Below, piece after piece: positions 16,224-24,414 of a stretch of 64,000 nucleotides of DNA (position 1 is the stretch's first letter; every line of letters begins with the position of its first letter). Below the pieces are notes generated by a model. The model did no database searches and was not told the origin of the DNA. It worked only from the letters and a program-made list of their open reading frames with translations. This stretch comes from a virus, in IMG/VR virus record IMGVR_UViG_3300050821_001858, positions 49,067 through 113,066 of that record; one strand, given 5' to 3'. The translations under genes and the position numbers were made by a program.

Positions 16224-16454
16224 ATGTATGATGTAGGTTTCAATTGGAAATCTGAGTTTAAGAATGAGATGATATATATTCCTCCAAAAATAAAGAGACA
16301 CATAACAATAAAATATCGATTACCGTTTGAAACAGGTTGTGCTTCTTGGAGATGGTATCATAAGTTTCTTCATACACACGAAGATAAAATGATATTTCCT
16401 GTTATGTGTGATACAAATGAAATCCTTATGGAAAAAGGATTGGTAATGTGTTAA
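16224..16454 (+). CDS. Micro-ORF family hypothetical protein
   Basis: AT-rich, SD AAGGA. Confidence 0.5.
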   Translation: MYDVGFNWKSEFKNEMIYIPPKIKRHITIKYRLPFETGCASWRWYHKFLHTHEDKMIFPVMCDTNEILMEKGLVMC

Positions 16455-16463
16455 AAGGAGAGT

Positions 16464-16721
16464 ATGATGAAGTGGTTTATGCTTGAAGGAAAGTATTGCG
16501 TTTTGTTTTATATCATGATGGCAATCTGCTTCCAGATGGGTTATTTGTCTGGCATTGGTTTCCTCACAGTTTTATCATCGATCCTTTGGACTGTGGTTAT
16601 CCTTTTTGGATGTGTATTGTTATCGTCCTATCTTATGGTTTTAGATTATAAGAAATATCGAGCAGCGCAAATTCTTGCGGCTCAAGAGGAACGGGATTTA
16701 AAAGAGCAGGCGGGAGAATAA
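16464..16721 (+). CDS. Membrane protein
   Basis: Two hydrophobic segments. Confidence 0.65.
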   Translation: MMKWFMLEGKYCVLFYIMMAICFQMGYLSGIGFLTVLSSILWTVVILFGCVLLSSYLMVLDYKKYRAAQILAAQEERDLKEQAGE

Positions 16722-16723
16722 TA

Positions 16724-17380
16724 ATGCGTAAGATTTTGGAGATATCGCAGGCAGAGGGCGGGGAAGACTCCCGTTTATTTGCGCACGACCTTTTTAATGC
16801 CTATCGTAAGCTATGCGAGCGCATGGGTTGAAGAGGTACCCCCGTAGGGGAACTTATTTTACAGATTGACAACTGTGATGATCGCATATACAATGAGATC
16901 GGTGGTCATCGAATTCAACGTGTCCCCCCGACAGAAAGACGGGGACGTGTTCATACGTCTACTGTTACAGTGTCGGTGACTGATGAATTGAAAAATGACT
17001 TTAAGATCAATGAGAAGGATTTGAAAGTTGACTGGTTTTCGGGGTCCGGTAAAGGCGGCCAACATCGTAATAAACATCAAAACTCCTGTAGACTTACTCA
17101 CATACCTACAGGAATTACTCAAAAAGCCGAAGCTAGAGATCGACAAACGTCTTATCGCGAAGCATTTCAGGCATTATCTTCACTTCTACAATCTAGCCGG
17201 GCGTATCAGGCGACCGTTAGCCAAAGCAACATTCGACGGGACCAGATGGGCAGTGGAATGCGCGGTGACAAAAGAAGAACCTATCGCTTCCAAGATAACA
17301 TTGTAACGGATCATGAATTAGGTACAAAGAGTACTTGTATTGATCTAATGAATGGAAAGTTTGAAAAGATATGGTCATAA
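16724..17380 (+). CDS. Compact class I peptide release factor (RF1-like PxT, GGQ) with an in-frame TGA at codon 36
   Basis: ILEISQAEGGEDSRLFA..L..AY, then TGA at 16829-16831, then EIGGHRIQRVPPTE..GRVHTSTVTV...GSGKGGQHRNK...RGDKRRTY, all in one frame. Confidence 0.85.
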
Positions 17381-17550
17381 CACATGAATATTATGAGACA
17401 GAGAATGTCAAAGAACGTGCACTTGATGTATTATTGAATGTATTAGGAGCGAATATCTATAGGTCTATAGGACGTATCTTTCCTATTGTTCCTGACATGT
17501 ATTCTTATAATCATTATGTTACTATAATAGAAGAAATAATGCGGGTATAG
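17371..17550 (+). CDS. Micro-ORF family hypothetical protein
   Basis: 59 aa, FP..P motif, stop lies inside tRNA-Gly. Confidence 0.5.
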   Translation: MVITHEYYETENVKERALDVLLNVLGANIYRSIGRIFPIVPDMYSYNHYVTIIEEIMRV

Positions 17551-17615
17551 CATAACGGTTTATGTGCCTGATTGCCAATCAAGCGTAGTGGGTCCGACTC
17601 CCTCTGCCCGCACCA
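17541..17615 (+). tRNA. tRNA-Gly(GCC)
   Basis: ttGCCaa loop, gcgggta/tgcccgc. Confidence 0.85.
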
Positions 17616-17830
17616 ATTTTACCCCTTGACAACATGAAAGTAATGAGGTAGATTGCAAAAATGTCTGAAGAAGCGAGAGATATGAATAACTACAAGCCTT
17701 ACAGGACGAAGGCTCAGAAAGCTGAAGCCCGTCGTCTAGCCGTCAAGATTGACGGTCGTTGGGTGTCGTCTGCCCCTGTTTCGCGTCATGCGAGCAAGGA
17801 ATTAACCATTGATGTACCGGAGGAAAAGTA

Positions 17831-18049
17831 ATGTCGGAAATGGCATGCCCCGCTGAAAAACTCAAGTGGGGCGACGAGGTTCGGCTTAAGACCGATGAAA
17901 AGTCCAAGGGTTTGATCGTTGATGTGCAGAAAGATGCCACAACGGGTAAGCCGGATTATTTTGAGGTTGACTGGAAAACCGGTCAAAAGACGATGATTTA
18001 TCACAAGGATCAACTGCTTCTTTTGAAGCCTTCGTTTGATAGGAGCTAA
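17831..18049 (+). CDS. Hypothetical protein (SH3/KOW-like beta protein)
   Basis: GDEVRLK...G.IV.V...EVDW. Confidence 0.6.
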   Translation: MSEMACPAEKLKWGDEVRLKTDEKSKGLIVDVQKDATTGKPDYFEVDWKTGQKTMIYHKDQLLLLKPSFDRS

Positions 18050-18050
18050 C

Positions 18051-18290
18051 ATGTTCCGCATGTTAATACGATACTTCAAAGAGTACATTGGTTATTATCG
18101 TCCTAGTCGTGTCGATATGATCATCAATAGATCGATCCAGGCAAAGATTGATCCGAATTTGTTTAAAGACTTTGTTGAGGAAATGCAAAAGCTTCAAGTG
18201 CCGCCTGTGCATATGGCAGCTACACATAAACCGCGTTTCACATCGAGTGATGGTGTGATGACCGATTTGGTCACTGGTGAAGTTTTGTAA
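18051..18290 (+). CDS. Hypothetical protein
   Basis: SD AGGAG, ends DLVTGEVL. Confidence 0.6.
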   Translation: MFRMLIRYFKEYIGYYRPSRVDMIINRSIQAKIDPNLFKDFVEEMQKLQVPPVHMAATHKPRFTSSDGVMTDLVTGEVL

Positions 18291-18294
18291 TTCT

Positions 18295-18369
18295 GGGGGT
18301 TTCTTCTATCGGCTAGGAACCTCGCTTCTCAAGCGAGTAAGACGGGTCCGACTCCCGTAACCCCTACCA
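18295..18369 (+). tRNA. tRNA-Glu(CTC)
   Basis: ctcgc-ttCTCaa-gcgag. Confidence 0.9.
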
Positions 18370-18382
18370 AGGTTAAGGAAAG

Positions 18383-18649
18383 ATGAACGACGTGTTTGTG
18401 AAAACTTTCATTATGGGACGTATGTTGGACAAGATAGTGGAATTTGTTCCATTGTCTGAAAGACAACTGCTATTGATTACTAATCAACCGCCCCCTAATT
18501 TTATTCAATCTAGGGCTCCTAATAAGGTTATATTTCTTTCTCAAGGAGGAAAGATAAACATCATACCGACTGGCATGATCCAACATTGGACCTGGGCTGG
18601 TTCGAGGGCTCTAAAAGCTTATACAACAAAATGGTTTGCGTATGAATGA
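18383..18649 (+). CDS. Hypothetical protein
   Basis: SD AAGGA. Confidence 0.5.
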   Translation: MNDVFVKTFIMGRMLDKIVEFVPLSERQLLLITNQPPPNFIQSRAPNKVIFLSQGGKINIIPTGMIQHWTWAGSRALKAYTTKWFAYE

Positions 18650-19337
18650 TCTAACTGTAAAGAATTTTACGTATGTGGTCGGAGATATCCATGGGATGTA
18701 TGGCCAGATGCATCAATTGGTCGAGGCTTGTCTGGGACATGCCAAACATTATTCAATGCATCCGAAATTTGTATTTCTTGGAGATTATATTGACCGCGGA
18801 CCAAAGTCAAAAGAAGTTATCCAATACTTAATCGATTTCCCCCATGATAAAGTTTGTCTCATGGGAAACCATGAAGATATGTGTCTTGATTGGGGTAATC
18901 AGAGTATGTGGAGAAATAACGGTGGTATGAAGACCGAAGAATCATACCTACCGCAAGGTAGGGTATTGGATGAACATAGAGAATGGATGCGTCGCCTACC
19001 CCTTATTCATGAGGATGCACACCGCATTTATGTTCATGCTGGTTTAAATGATCAATGGTCATTAAAAGAACAGGTAAGAAAGGATATGCTTTGGATTAGA
19101 AATGCTTTCCTTTTGTCTGATCATGATTGGGGTAAACTTGTGGTTCATGGGCACATGCCCTACGATCCTAAAGATTTCCCTCAGTGGGGAATTGATAAGG
19201 TTCGTCTTAATCTTGATACTGCTTGTGTGTATGGTGGTTCTTTGACCGCTGCCTTCTTTAATGATGAACAGCGTAATCCCATCGGATACATTCAAGTTGA
19301 AGCTGATAACGTCAACAAGTATACTCAAGGAGTATAG
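18642..19337 (+). CDS. Ser/Thr phosphatase-like metallophosphoesterase
   Basis: GDIHG, GDYIDRG, GNHE, VHAG, VHGH, LDT. Confidence 0.92.
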   Translation: MNDLTVKNFTYVVGDIHGMYGQMHQLVEACLGHAKHYSMHPKFVFLGDYIDRGPKSKEVIQYLIDFPHDKVCLMGNHEDMCLDWGNQSMWRNNGGMKTEESYLPQGRVLDEHREWMRRLPLIHEDAHRIYVHAGLNDQWSLKEQVRKDMLWIRNAFLLSDHDWGKLVVHGHMPYDPKDFPQWGIDKVRLNLDTACVYGGSLTAAFFNDEQRNPIGYIQVEADNVNKYTQGV

Positions 19338-19506
19338 AATGGACACCGCAGTTCTTAATAAAGTTGATCAAGAATTTGAATATCGTAAGAAGCGTATCAT
19401 TGATGATTTGCGTCGTCGGGGTCGTTCCGAAGAAGATATTCAAGCCCATTTGAAATGGATGGAAGAAAACCGAGATTAATACGTATACTACCTCTGCGTA
19501 TTAAAG

Positions 19507-19865
19507 TTATAGACGGACTATCGCTGTACACCTATATGGGCTACCTTCGGGTACTGTACAGAGGAAAGTCGGGGCTGCACACGAAACCGTACAAGGTAAC
19601 ACCTTGGTATTCATAACTGCCACGCTTTTATGAATGACGATTAGAGCAACAGAAAATATGTATGCTTTATATACATGCCTAGATAGAGTGGGATAAACTT
19701 GTATATAAAGGCGTAGTGAAATTGGCAATCTCTACGGGCAGCAATCCCTAATAGGTCACTAGCCTTCGTGGGCGTTACGGTGACGGGTCGGGAGCTAGAG
19801 GGTAATCGCGAGGTTACTCCCAGATAAATGATAGTACTTGACAGAACCCCGCTTATAGTCTATAA
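19507..19865 (+). ncRNA. rnpB: RNase P RNA
   Basis: GAGGAAAGTC.GGGC, ACAGAAA, GTGAAA..GGCAA, AGATAAATG, ACAGAACCCCGCTTA; P1 ttatagac/gtctataa. Confidence 0.92.
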
Positions 19866-19948
19866 TGCTACTACCTTAGAATGACCATGATATTGAACGT
19901 AACAATTTGGGGCAGTTGGTCGAGCCCCCCTTGAATTAAAGGTGATAT

Positions 19949-20140
19949 ATGAAGATTAATCTATTTGCTGCTGCTTTTCTTGTTACCATGGCTTTATTGA
20001 TTTTTAAAGCATTAGGTTATATTACCATTGGATGGTTTTGGGTATTCTTGCCCCTTATCATTGGATTTGGATTTTGGATTTTGGTTTTGTTCTTTTGGAT
20101 TGGAATATTTATTTTGGCTGCTATCTTTAGTAAAGATTAA
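19949..20140 (+). CDS. Small membrane protein
   Basis: FK..G.I.IGWFWVFLPL pattern. Confidence 0.7.
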   Translation: MKINLFAAAFLVTMALLIFKALGYITIGWFWVFLPLIIGFGFWILVLFFWIGIFILAAIFSKD

Positions 20141-20141
20141 T

Positions 20142-20222
20142 GCACGCATAACCCCCTCGTCTTCGAAACGAGAGAAAGGTAACTGGATGTAAATGGGGGT
20201 TCGAATCCCTCTGCGTGCTCCA
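20142..20222 (+). tRNA. tRNA-Arg(TCG) without a conventional D-arm (D-loop relocated)
   Basis: gcacgca/tgcgtgc, ctcgt-ctTCGaa-acgag, T-arm, CCA. Confidence 0.75.
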
Positions 20223-20223
20223 T

Positions 20224-20301
20224 GGTTTCTTAGCTCAGTTGGAATAGAGCATCGCCCTGCGAAGGCGAAGGTCATCGGTTCGAGTCCGATAGAAACCTCC
20301 A
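20224..20301 (+). tRNA. tRNA-Arg(GCG)
   Basis: tcgcc-ctGCGaa-ggcga, A20. Confidence 0.92.
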
Positions 20302-20320
20302 TTTTATAAAGGGAGATGAT

Positions 20321-20848
20321 ATGACAGGTGAATATAATTATAAAGGTGATTACGGTGCTATTGCGGATCGACCAATCGATTCAGCTACTTGGACTGGTGA
20401 AGACACTAGTAAGTATCCGGTAGCGAATGCTGTTTATATCAATACCAATCCTGTTGGTACTAGTAATGTAATGCTTGAAACTACTCAAGATACAAAGTAT
20501 CAACAGTTTGAAGATGAAATACGGGCACTAATCAACAAACTATCACTTGAAGGTAATTCAAATACGCCTGATTTTATTCTCGCTGAGTTTCTGACAAACT
20601 GTCTTAAGGATTGGGATAGTGTTTCCTCTTATGAACAGTTTATGGATAGCGATGAAGTCCTTTGGGACTATCTGTGGCTTGCTCGCAGAACATTTCGAAA
20701 CACAAAGACTGTTCGTGCCAAGTGGTATATGCCGGTTATCGCTGAAAAGATAGCTTCGTCTTGGTGGAAAAAGTTGTATGTTTTCTGGGGAAGGCTTTGG
20801 GTTGCTTACCTAAATAATGGTAACTATAGTGATGCCTGGAAAAAGTAA
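20321..20848 (+). CDS. Hypothetical protein
   Basis: INKLSLEGNSNTPDFILAEFL segment; SD GGGAG. Confidence 0.7.
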   Translation: MTGEYNYKGDYGAIADRPIDSATWTGEDTSKYPVANAVYINTNPVGTSNVMLETTQDTKYQQFEDEIRALINKLSLEGNSNTPDFILAEFLTNCLKDWDSVSSYEQFMDSDEVLWDYLWLARRTFRNTKTVRAKWYMPVIAEKIASSWWKKLYVFWGRLWVAYLNNGNYSDAWKK

Positions 20849-20852
20849 TTAT

Positions 20853-20929
20853 TGGGGAGTAGGCTACGTTGGCTAAACCGCTTGGCTCTGAACCATGAGT
20901 AGAAGGTTCGACACCTTCCTCCCCATCCA
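20853..20929 (+). tRNA. tRNA-Gln(CTG)
   Basis: tggggag/ctcccca, ctCTGaa. Confidence 0.87.
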
Positions 20930-20973
20930 TTTTTCTCTTGACATTCGAGGGAGATAAGTATACAGTAGATAAT

Positions 20974-21047
20974 GTCCTGTTGGCAGACCGACGATGCAAC
21001 GGATTGCAACCCCGTTAAAGCTGGTTTAATTCCGGCACAGGACTCCA
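20974..21047 (+). tRNA. tRNA-Cys(GCA)
   Basis: ttGCAac loop, U73. Confidence 0.85.
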
Positions 21048-21054
21048 CTTTAAT

Positions 21055-21137
21055 GGTCTAGTAACCGGTTCGGGTTTCTACCCCGCTATCCGTAATTGGA
21101 GTTGTAAATGCGGGTTCGAGCCCTGCCTAGATCGCCA
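21055..21137 (+). tRNA. tRNA-Arg(TCT) without a conventional D-arm (D-loop relocated)
   Basis: ggtctag/ctagatc, cggg-ttTCTac-cccg, T-arm, GCCA. Confidence 0.75.
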
Positions 21138-21153
21138 TTTTAGGAGGTATATT

Positions 21154-21315
21154 ATGAAAGATGTTGATGCTGATCTTACCGAAGCATTATCGATTATCGC
21201 TGGTTTAATGTATTATGTTTCTGGTCATGATCTACGAGAAAGAGAAGCAAAGATTTTGAAAGAGTATTGCAATCGTGCTAATTCTCTTAGACAAAAGTAT
21301 CAAACGCTTTCTTAG
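21154..21315 (+). CDS. Hypothetical protein
   Basis: SD AGGAGG, 53 aa, stop lies inside tRNA-Arg. Confidence 0.6.
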   Translation: MKDVDADLTEALSIIAGLMYYVSGHDLREREAKILKEYCNRANSLRQKYQTLS

Positions 21316-21381
21316 TTCAACCGGAGAGAATAGTTGTTTCCTAAACTTCAGATTTGGGTTCGAGTCCCAAGGAAAGCACCA
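21306..21381 (+). tRNA. tRNA-Arg(CCT)
   Basis: ttCCTaa loop; weak anticodon stem. Confidence 0.8.
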
Positions 21382-21710
21382 TGACTAGATTAGAGAAGAT
21401 TGATGCGTTTTATGCGGTTGCTTTTATTGGTATTATGATCTATGTTTTTTGGTTTTATGTTCCTATGCAGTCTCATAGTTATTACATTCAAGGAACATTT
21501 GACGGTAAAGTTGGTTTAATAATGAATAGTCCTTTCATAGTTAAAGAACTTTGTGAGGATGTTGCTAAAGAGGCTCAAGCCGAAGTTGATTTGAATAAAC
21601 TGAGCATCTATATGATCCCTATAGAAGATCGTACTGATGTAATGAAAGAAGCTTTGAAAACTGATATCAAGATATCTTGTGTTTCAAAGAAACCGATTAT
21701 GGAAAGTTAA
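21381..21710 (+). CDS. Membrane-anchored hypothetical protein
   Basis: ATG shares the A of the upstream tRNA CCA; N-terminal TM. Confidence 0.6.
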   Translation: MTRLEKIDAFYAVAFIGIMIYVFWFYVPMQSHSYYIQGTFDGKVGLIMNSPFIVKELCEDVAKEAQAEVDLNKLSIYMIPIEDRTDVMKEALKTDIKISCVSKKPIMES

Positions 21711-21787
21711 ATCGCCAGGGCGCGATACCCGATTGCTAATCGGAGGGAACCGAAAGGTTTGAGTTTCGAGTACTCAGCTTTCCGCCA
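21701..21787 (+). tRNA. tRNA-Ser(GCT), 8/4-like
   Basis: ggaaagtt/agctttcc, ccga-ttGCTaa-tcgg, variable arm, G73. Confidence 0.82.
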
Positions 21788-21791
21788 ATAC

Positions 21792-21866
21792 GCGATGCTT
21801 GTATAGAAGGATATGCCCTAGGTTTCCACCCTAGAGAGACTGGATCGTTACCAGTGCATCGCTCCA
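21792..21866 (+). tRNA. tRNA-Gly(TCC)
   Basis: ctagg-ttTCCac-cctag, U73. Confidence 0.87.
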
Positions 21867-21893
21867 TATTAACCCTAACAGAGGATTATTATT

Positions 21894-22202
21894 ATGAGTT
21901 TAACAGGTATGATTTTAGGTTGTGTGCTTGCCGCTGGTGGCAATGCTCCGGTGGATTGTGGTTCTGATACTGATTTGGTATTGGCTCGCTCTAAGCCAGA
22001 TGTTTTTGCAACATTAAATGATTGTAATGAGGAATCTGGTCAGTATGTAGCTGAGATGGTAAGCCCCGTTGCTCGCCTTATGTATGGGGTACCTCCTGAA
22101 GTAAACGTAATCTATTATCGTTGCCTGGACGGTGATAAGGTAGTTTATGACTCTCTTACTCAGGGGAAGAATATTCTCGACCAAGATAATGATTCGAAAT
22201 AA
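21894..22202 (+). CDS. Secreted Cys-containing protein (paralog of the next ORF)
   Basis: LTG.IL.C...C...C..ES...C.D...KVVY.SL shared. Confidence 0.7.
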   Translation: MSLTGMILGCVLAAGGNAPVDCGSDTDLVLARSKPDVFATLNDCNEESGQYVAEMVSPVARLMYGVPPEVNVIYYRCLDGDKVVYDSLTQGKNILDQDNDSK

Positions 22203-22217
22203 GAAAGGAAACATATC

Positions 22218-22544
22218 ATGCTTACAGGTGTTATTCTTGCGTGTGCCGTTAGTTTAGCTAACCCTTCAATCAACGCTGTTGATCCTGAGAATTGTATGCC
22301 GATTTGGTCATATTCTTCTGATCCTTTGGCTTTTGAAGATGTGGATGAATGTCAATCAGAATCAAGGGATTTTCTTGAACAACTTGCACAGAGCGACGAT
22401 ATTCGAAAGCATTTGAATGCTCCTACTGTCCGTACATTGAATAATGGTAGCATTCCAGTTTATTTCTTTGTTTGTAAAGACAAGGATGAGAAAGTAGTTT
22501 ATAACTCCTTGAAGAATGCTCAAGATAATAACAAGGATCAATAA
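22218..22544 (+). CDS. Secreted Cys-containing protein (paralog of the previous ORF)
   Basis: Same Cys pattern. Confidence 0.7.
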   Translation: MLTGVILACAVSLANPSINAVDPENCMPIWSYSSDPLAFEDVDECQSESRDFLEQLAQSDDIRKHLNAPTVRTLNNGSIPVYFFVCKDKDEKVVYNSLKNAQDNNKDQ

Positions 22545-22558
22545 ATAGAGAGAGTTAT

Positions 22559-22629
22559 TGGGGTGACCAGAAGTTGGAACGGTGCCTTTGAAGCATCGGA
22601 GTAGGGGGCAGTACCTTACACCCCATCCA
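22559..22629 (+). tRNA. tRNA-Gln(TTG), atypical D and T loops
   Basis: ggtgc-ctTTGaa-gcatc. Confidence 0.75.
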
Positions 22630-22634
22630 GTTAT

Positions 22635-22710
22635 GGCGGTATAGCTTAATCGGCTAGAGCGGGCGTCTCATAAGCGTCAGATTCGGGTTCGATCCCCGGT
22701 TCCGCTACCA
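22635..22710 (+). tRNA. tRNA-Met(CAT)
   Basis: ggcgt-ctCATaa-gcgtc. Confidence 0.88.
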
Positions 22711-22729
22711 ATTTAAGAAAGGTAACCAG

Positions 22730-22915
22730 ATGACAAAGATGTTTGCGGTTTTTGCACTTATTATCATGACGATCCCGGCATTGGGTGCTACACCTTCTAT
22801 TGTTGCACGCCACCCTTCCCAGCCTCGTGTACAACCACATTTTCAGAACCATGTGCCGAGTAAACCTATGCAACAGCAGCGTTTAAATCCGCGTGGGAGT
22901 GTTGTAGTTCAGTAA
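22730..22915 (+). CDS. Small secreted protein
   Basis: Signal-peptide-like N-terminus. Confidence 0.6.
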   Translation: MTKMFAVFALIIMTIPALGATPSIVARHPSQPRVQPHFQNHVPSKPMQQQRLNPRGSVVVQ

Positions 22916-23181
22916 AGGATATAATCCATGCTTTTGTTCTTACAAATTATAACAGCTATTGGTATCATTGCCGGTGCTTATTTTATGTATAGAACTTGGC
23001 CAAATAAAGATTTGTAATAGGGCAGCACACACACAATTGCTACCCCAAGCCCCCATAGATATACGAAAATTATGTCTATGGGGGCTTTTTTTATGCTTTT
23101 TTAACTTGATCTACCTTTCGATTTGTGGTATAAATATCTTGCTGCAATGCAGCATTTCATTTAAACTCTAGACGAAAGGAA

Positions 23182-23382
23182 ATGATTATGAAGAAGATGT
23201 TTGTAATGGCGGCTCTTGCCGTTGCTTTAGTCAATCCGGTTTTTGCTGCGGAGACTGTTTCGAAGGTTCATTATAAGAGCCCGAAGACCCCGATGAAGGT
23301 ATACTCGCCTAAGTATTACTTTCCGACAACGACTGCCCCGTATGATCATGATTTCCAGCTTGGTGCTCAGATTTACGGGTAA
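23182..23382 (+). CDS. Small secreted protein
   Basis: MKK...PVFA signal peptide. Confidence 0.7.
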   Translation: MIMKKMFVMAALAVALVNPVFAAETVSKVHYKSPKTPMKVYSPKYYFPTTTAPYDHDFQLGAQIYG

Positions 23383-23424
23383 GGTTTAAGGGGCATAAGT
23401 GCCCCTTTTCATTTGGAGATACTA

Positions 23425-23616
23425 ATGAATCCTTTAGTTTATTGGTATAAGAAAAACCTTGATAATAAAATCGTAAGTTTCCGTGATAGTTGGAGCGGGA
23501 TTTTTGTTCTTTCAATTCCCGATAATAGTTGGTCCCGGTGGCATCATTTTCTTCCTGTTTCAACTACTAGAATGTATACGTTTGCCTATCGACCCAATTC
23601 ATTGTTCGATGAATAA
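23425..23616 (+). CDS. Micro-ORF family hypothetical protein
   Basis: Ends LFDE. Confidence 0.5.
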   Translation: MNPLVYWYKKNLDNKIVSFRDSWSGIFVLSIPDNSWSRWHHFLPVSTTRMYTFAYRPNSLFDE

Positions 23617-23706
23617 ATAAGGATATGAATATGATTAACAAAGGAGATTACCTCATGACGATATAAGGAAGCAATTGGGCTTCCTATATTCTCATAGGAG
23701 GTAAGT

Positions 23707-23922
23707 ATGACTGGTGCCACTCAACAGGCAAAGAAGTCTAAGAAGCAGCGTAAGGTTGGTCGTAATGCGACCTACTGTAACTTTTATCGTTTGACTAATC
23801 GTCGCGAGAAGAACAAGGTGAAGAAGATTAATCGTCACCTTAAGAAGCACAGCGGAGATAAGGTTGCCAAAGACGCTGTTGTGCGTCTTAAGAACGTTAT
23901 CGCTGGAATCAAGGGGGAGTGA
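23707..23922 (+). CDS. Small basic protein
   Basis: K/R-rich, SD GGAGG. Confidence 0.7.
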   Translation: MTGATQQAKKSKKQRKVGRNATYCNFYRLTNRREKNKVKKINRHLKKHSGDKVAKDAVVRLKNVIAGIKGE

Positions 23923-23950
23923 AATCCCCCTTTTACATCATGAGGATCAT

Positions 23951-24163
23951 ATGAACATATTCTTCAATATACGTCCATATACATCTAGACCTTATATGTT
24001 GGATTCTGATACACATTCGCCTAATCTAGAAAGATATATAAGTAGGTCAGCCATTAATTTTGTGAGGGAAGTTTTTCCTCATGCCATAAACACGTGTGGA
24101 ACATTACAACATTTCTATACGATTATGAATGACTATTTCACGTGTATATTAGCTGAAGGATGA
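23951..24163 (+). CDS. Micro-ORF family hypothetical protein
   Basis: NIRPYTSRP similar to the ORF at 45871. Confidence 0.5.
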   Translation: MNIFFNIRPYTSRPYMLDSDTHSPNLERYISRSAINFVREVFPHAINTCGTLQHFYTIMNDYFTCILAEG

Positions 24164-24360
24164 TCATGATACAATTAATGTATGTTGAATTGTATAAGTC
24201 TAAATTAATTCAATCAGGATCGATGTCTGGTCGTTTAGAACGTGAATTAGACATTGATACAACATCAATAAGACGTGTTTTTGACAATCATTATCGGGCT
24301 GAGATGCATTTTGTTGCTGATGTACTAGGTTTGTTTACCGATATATTCGCCCCCGACTAA
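24160..24360 (+). CDS. Micro-ORF family hypothetical protein
   Basis: ATGA-coupled, ends IFAPD. Confidence 0.5.
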   Translation: MIMIQLMYVELYKSKLIQSGSMSGRLERELDIDTTSIRRVFDNHYRAEMHFVADVLGLFTDIFAPD

Positions 24361-24377
24361 GGGGGCTTTTTTTTGCC

Positions 24378-24406
24378 TTGACGAACCCCTAACTATCTGA
24401 TATACT
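24378..24406 (+). promoter_or_regulatory. Sigma70-type promoter for map
   Basis: TTGACG-17-TATACT just after a terminator hairpin. Confidence 0.65.
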
Positions 24407-24414
24407 GGTGCAAA

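Noticed and set aside
16829-16855. Selenocysteine insertion (UGA plus SECIS) in the release factor
   Set aside because: The codon aligns with a usual Trp position, not Cys, and no tRNA-Sec or SelB is visible.
21055-21137. Amber suppressor (CTA) reading of this tRNA
   Set aside because: Only the register cggg/cccg pairs, giving the loop ttTCTac (Arg).
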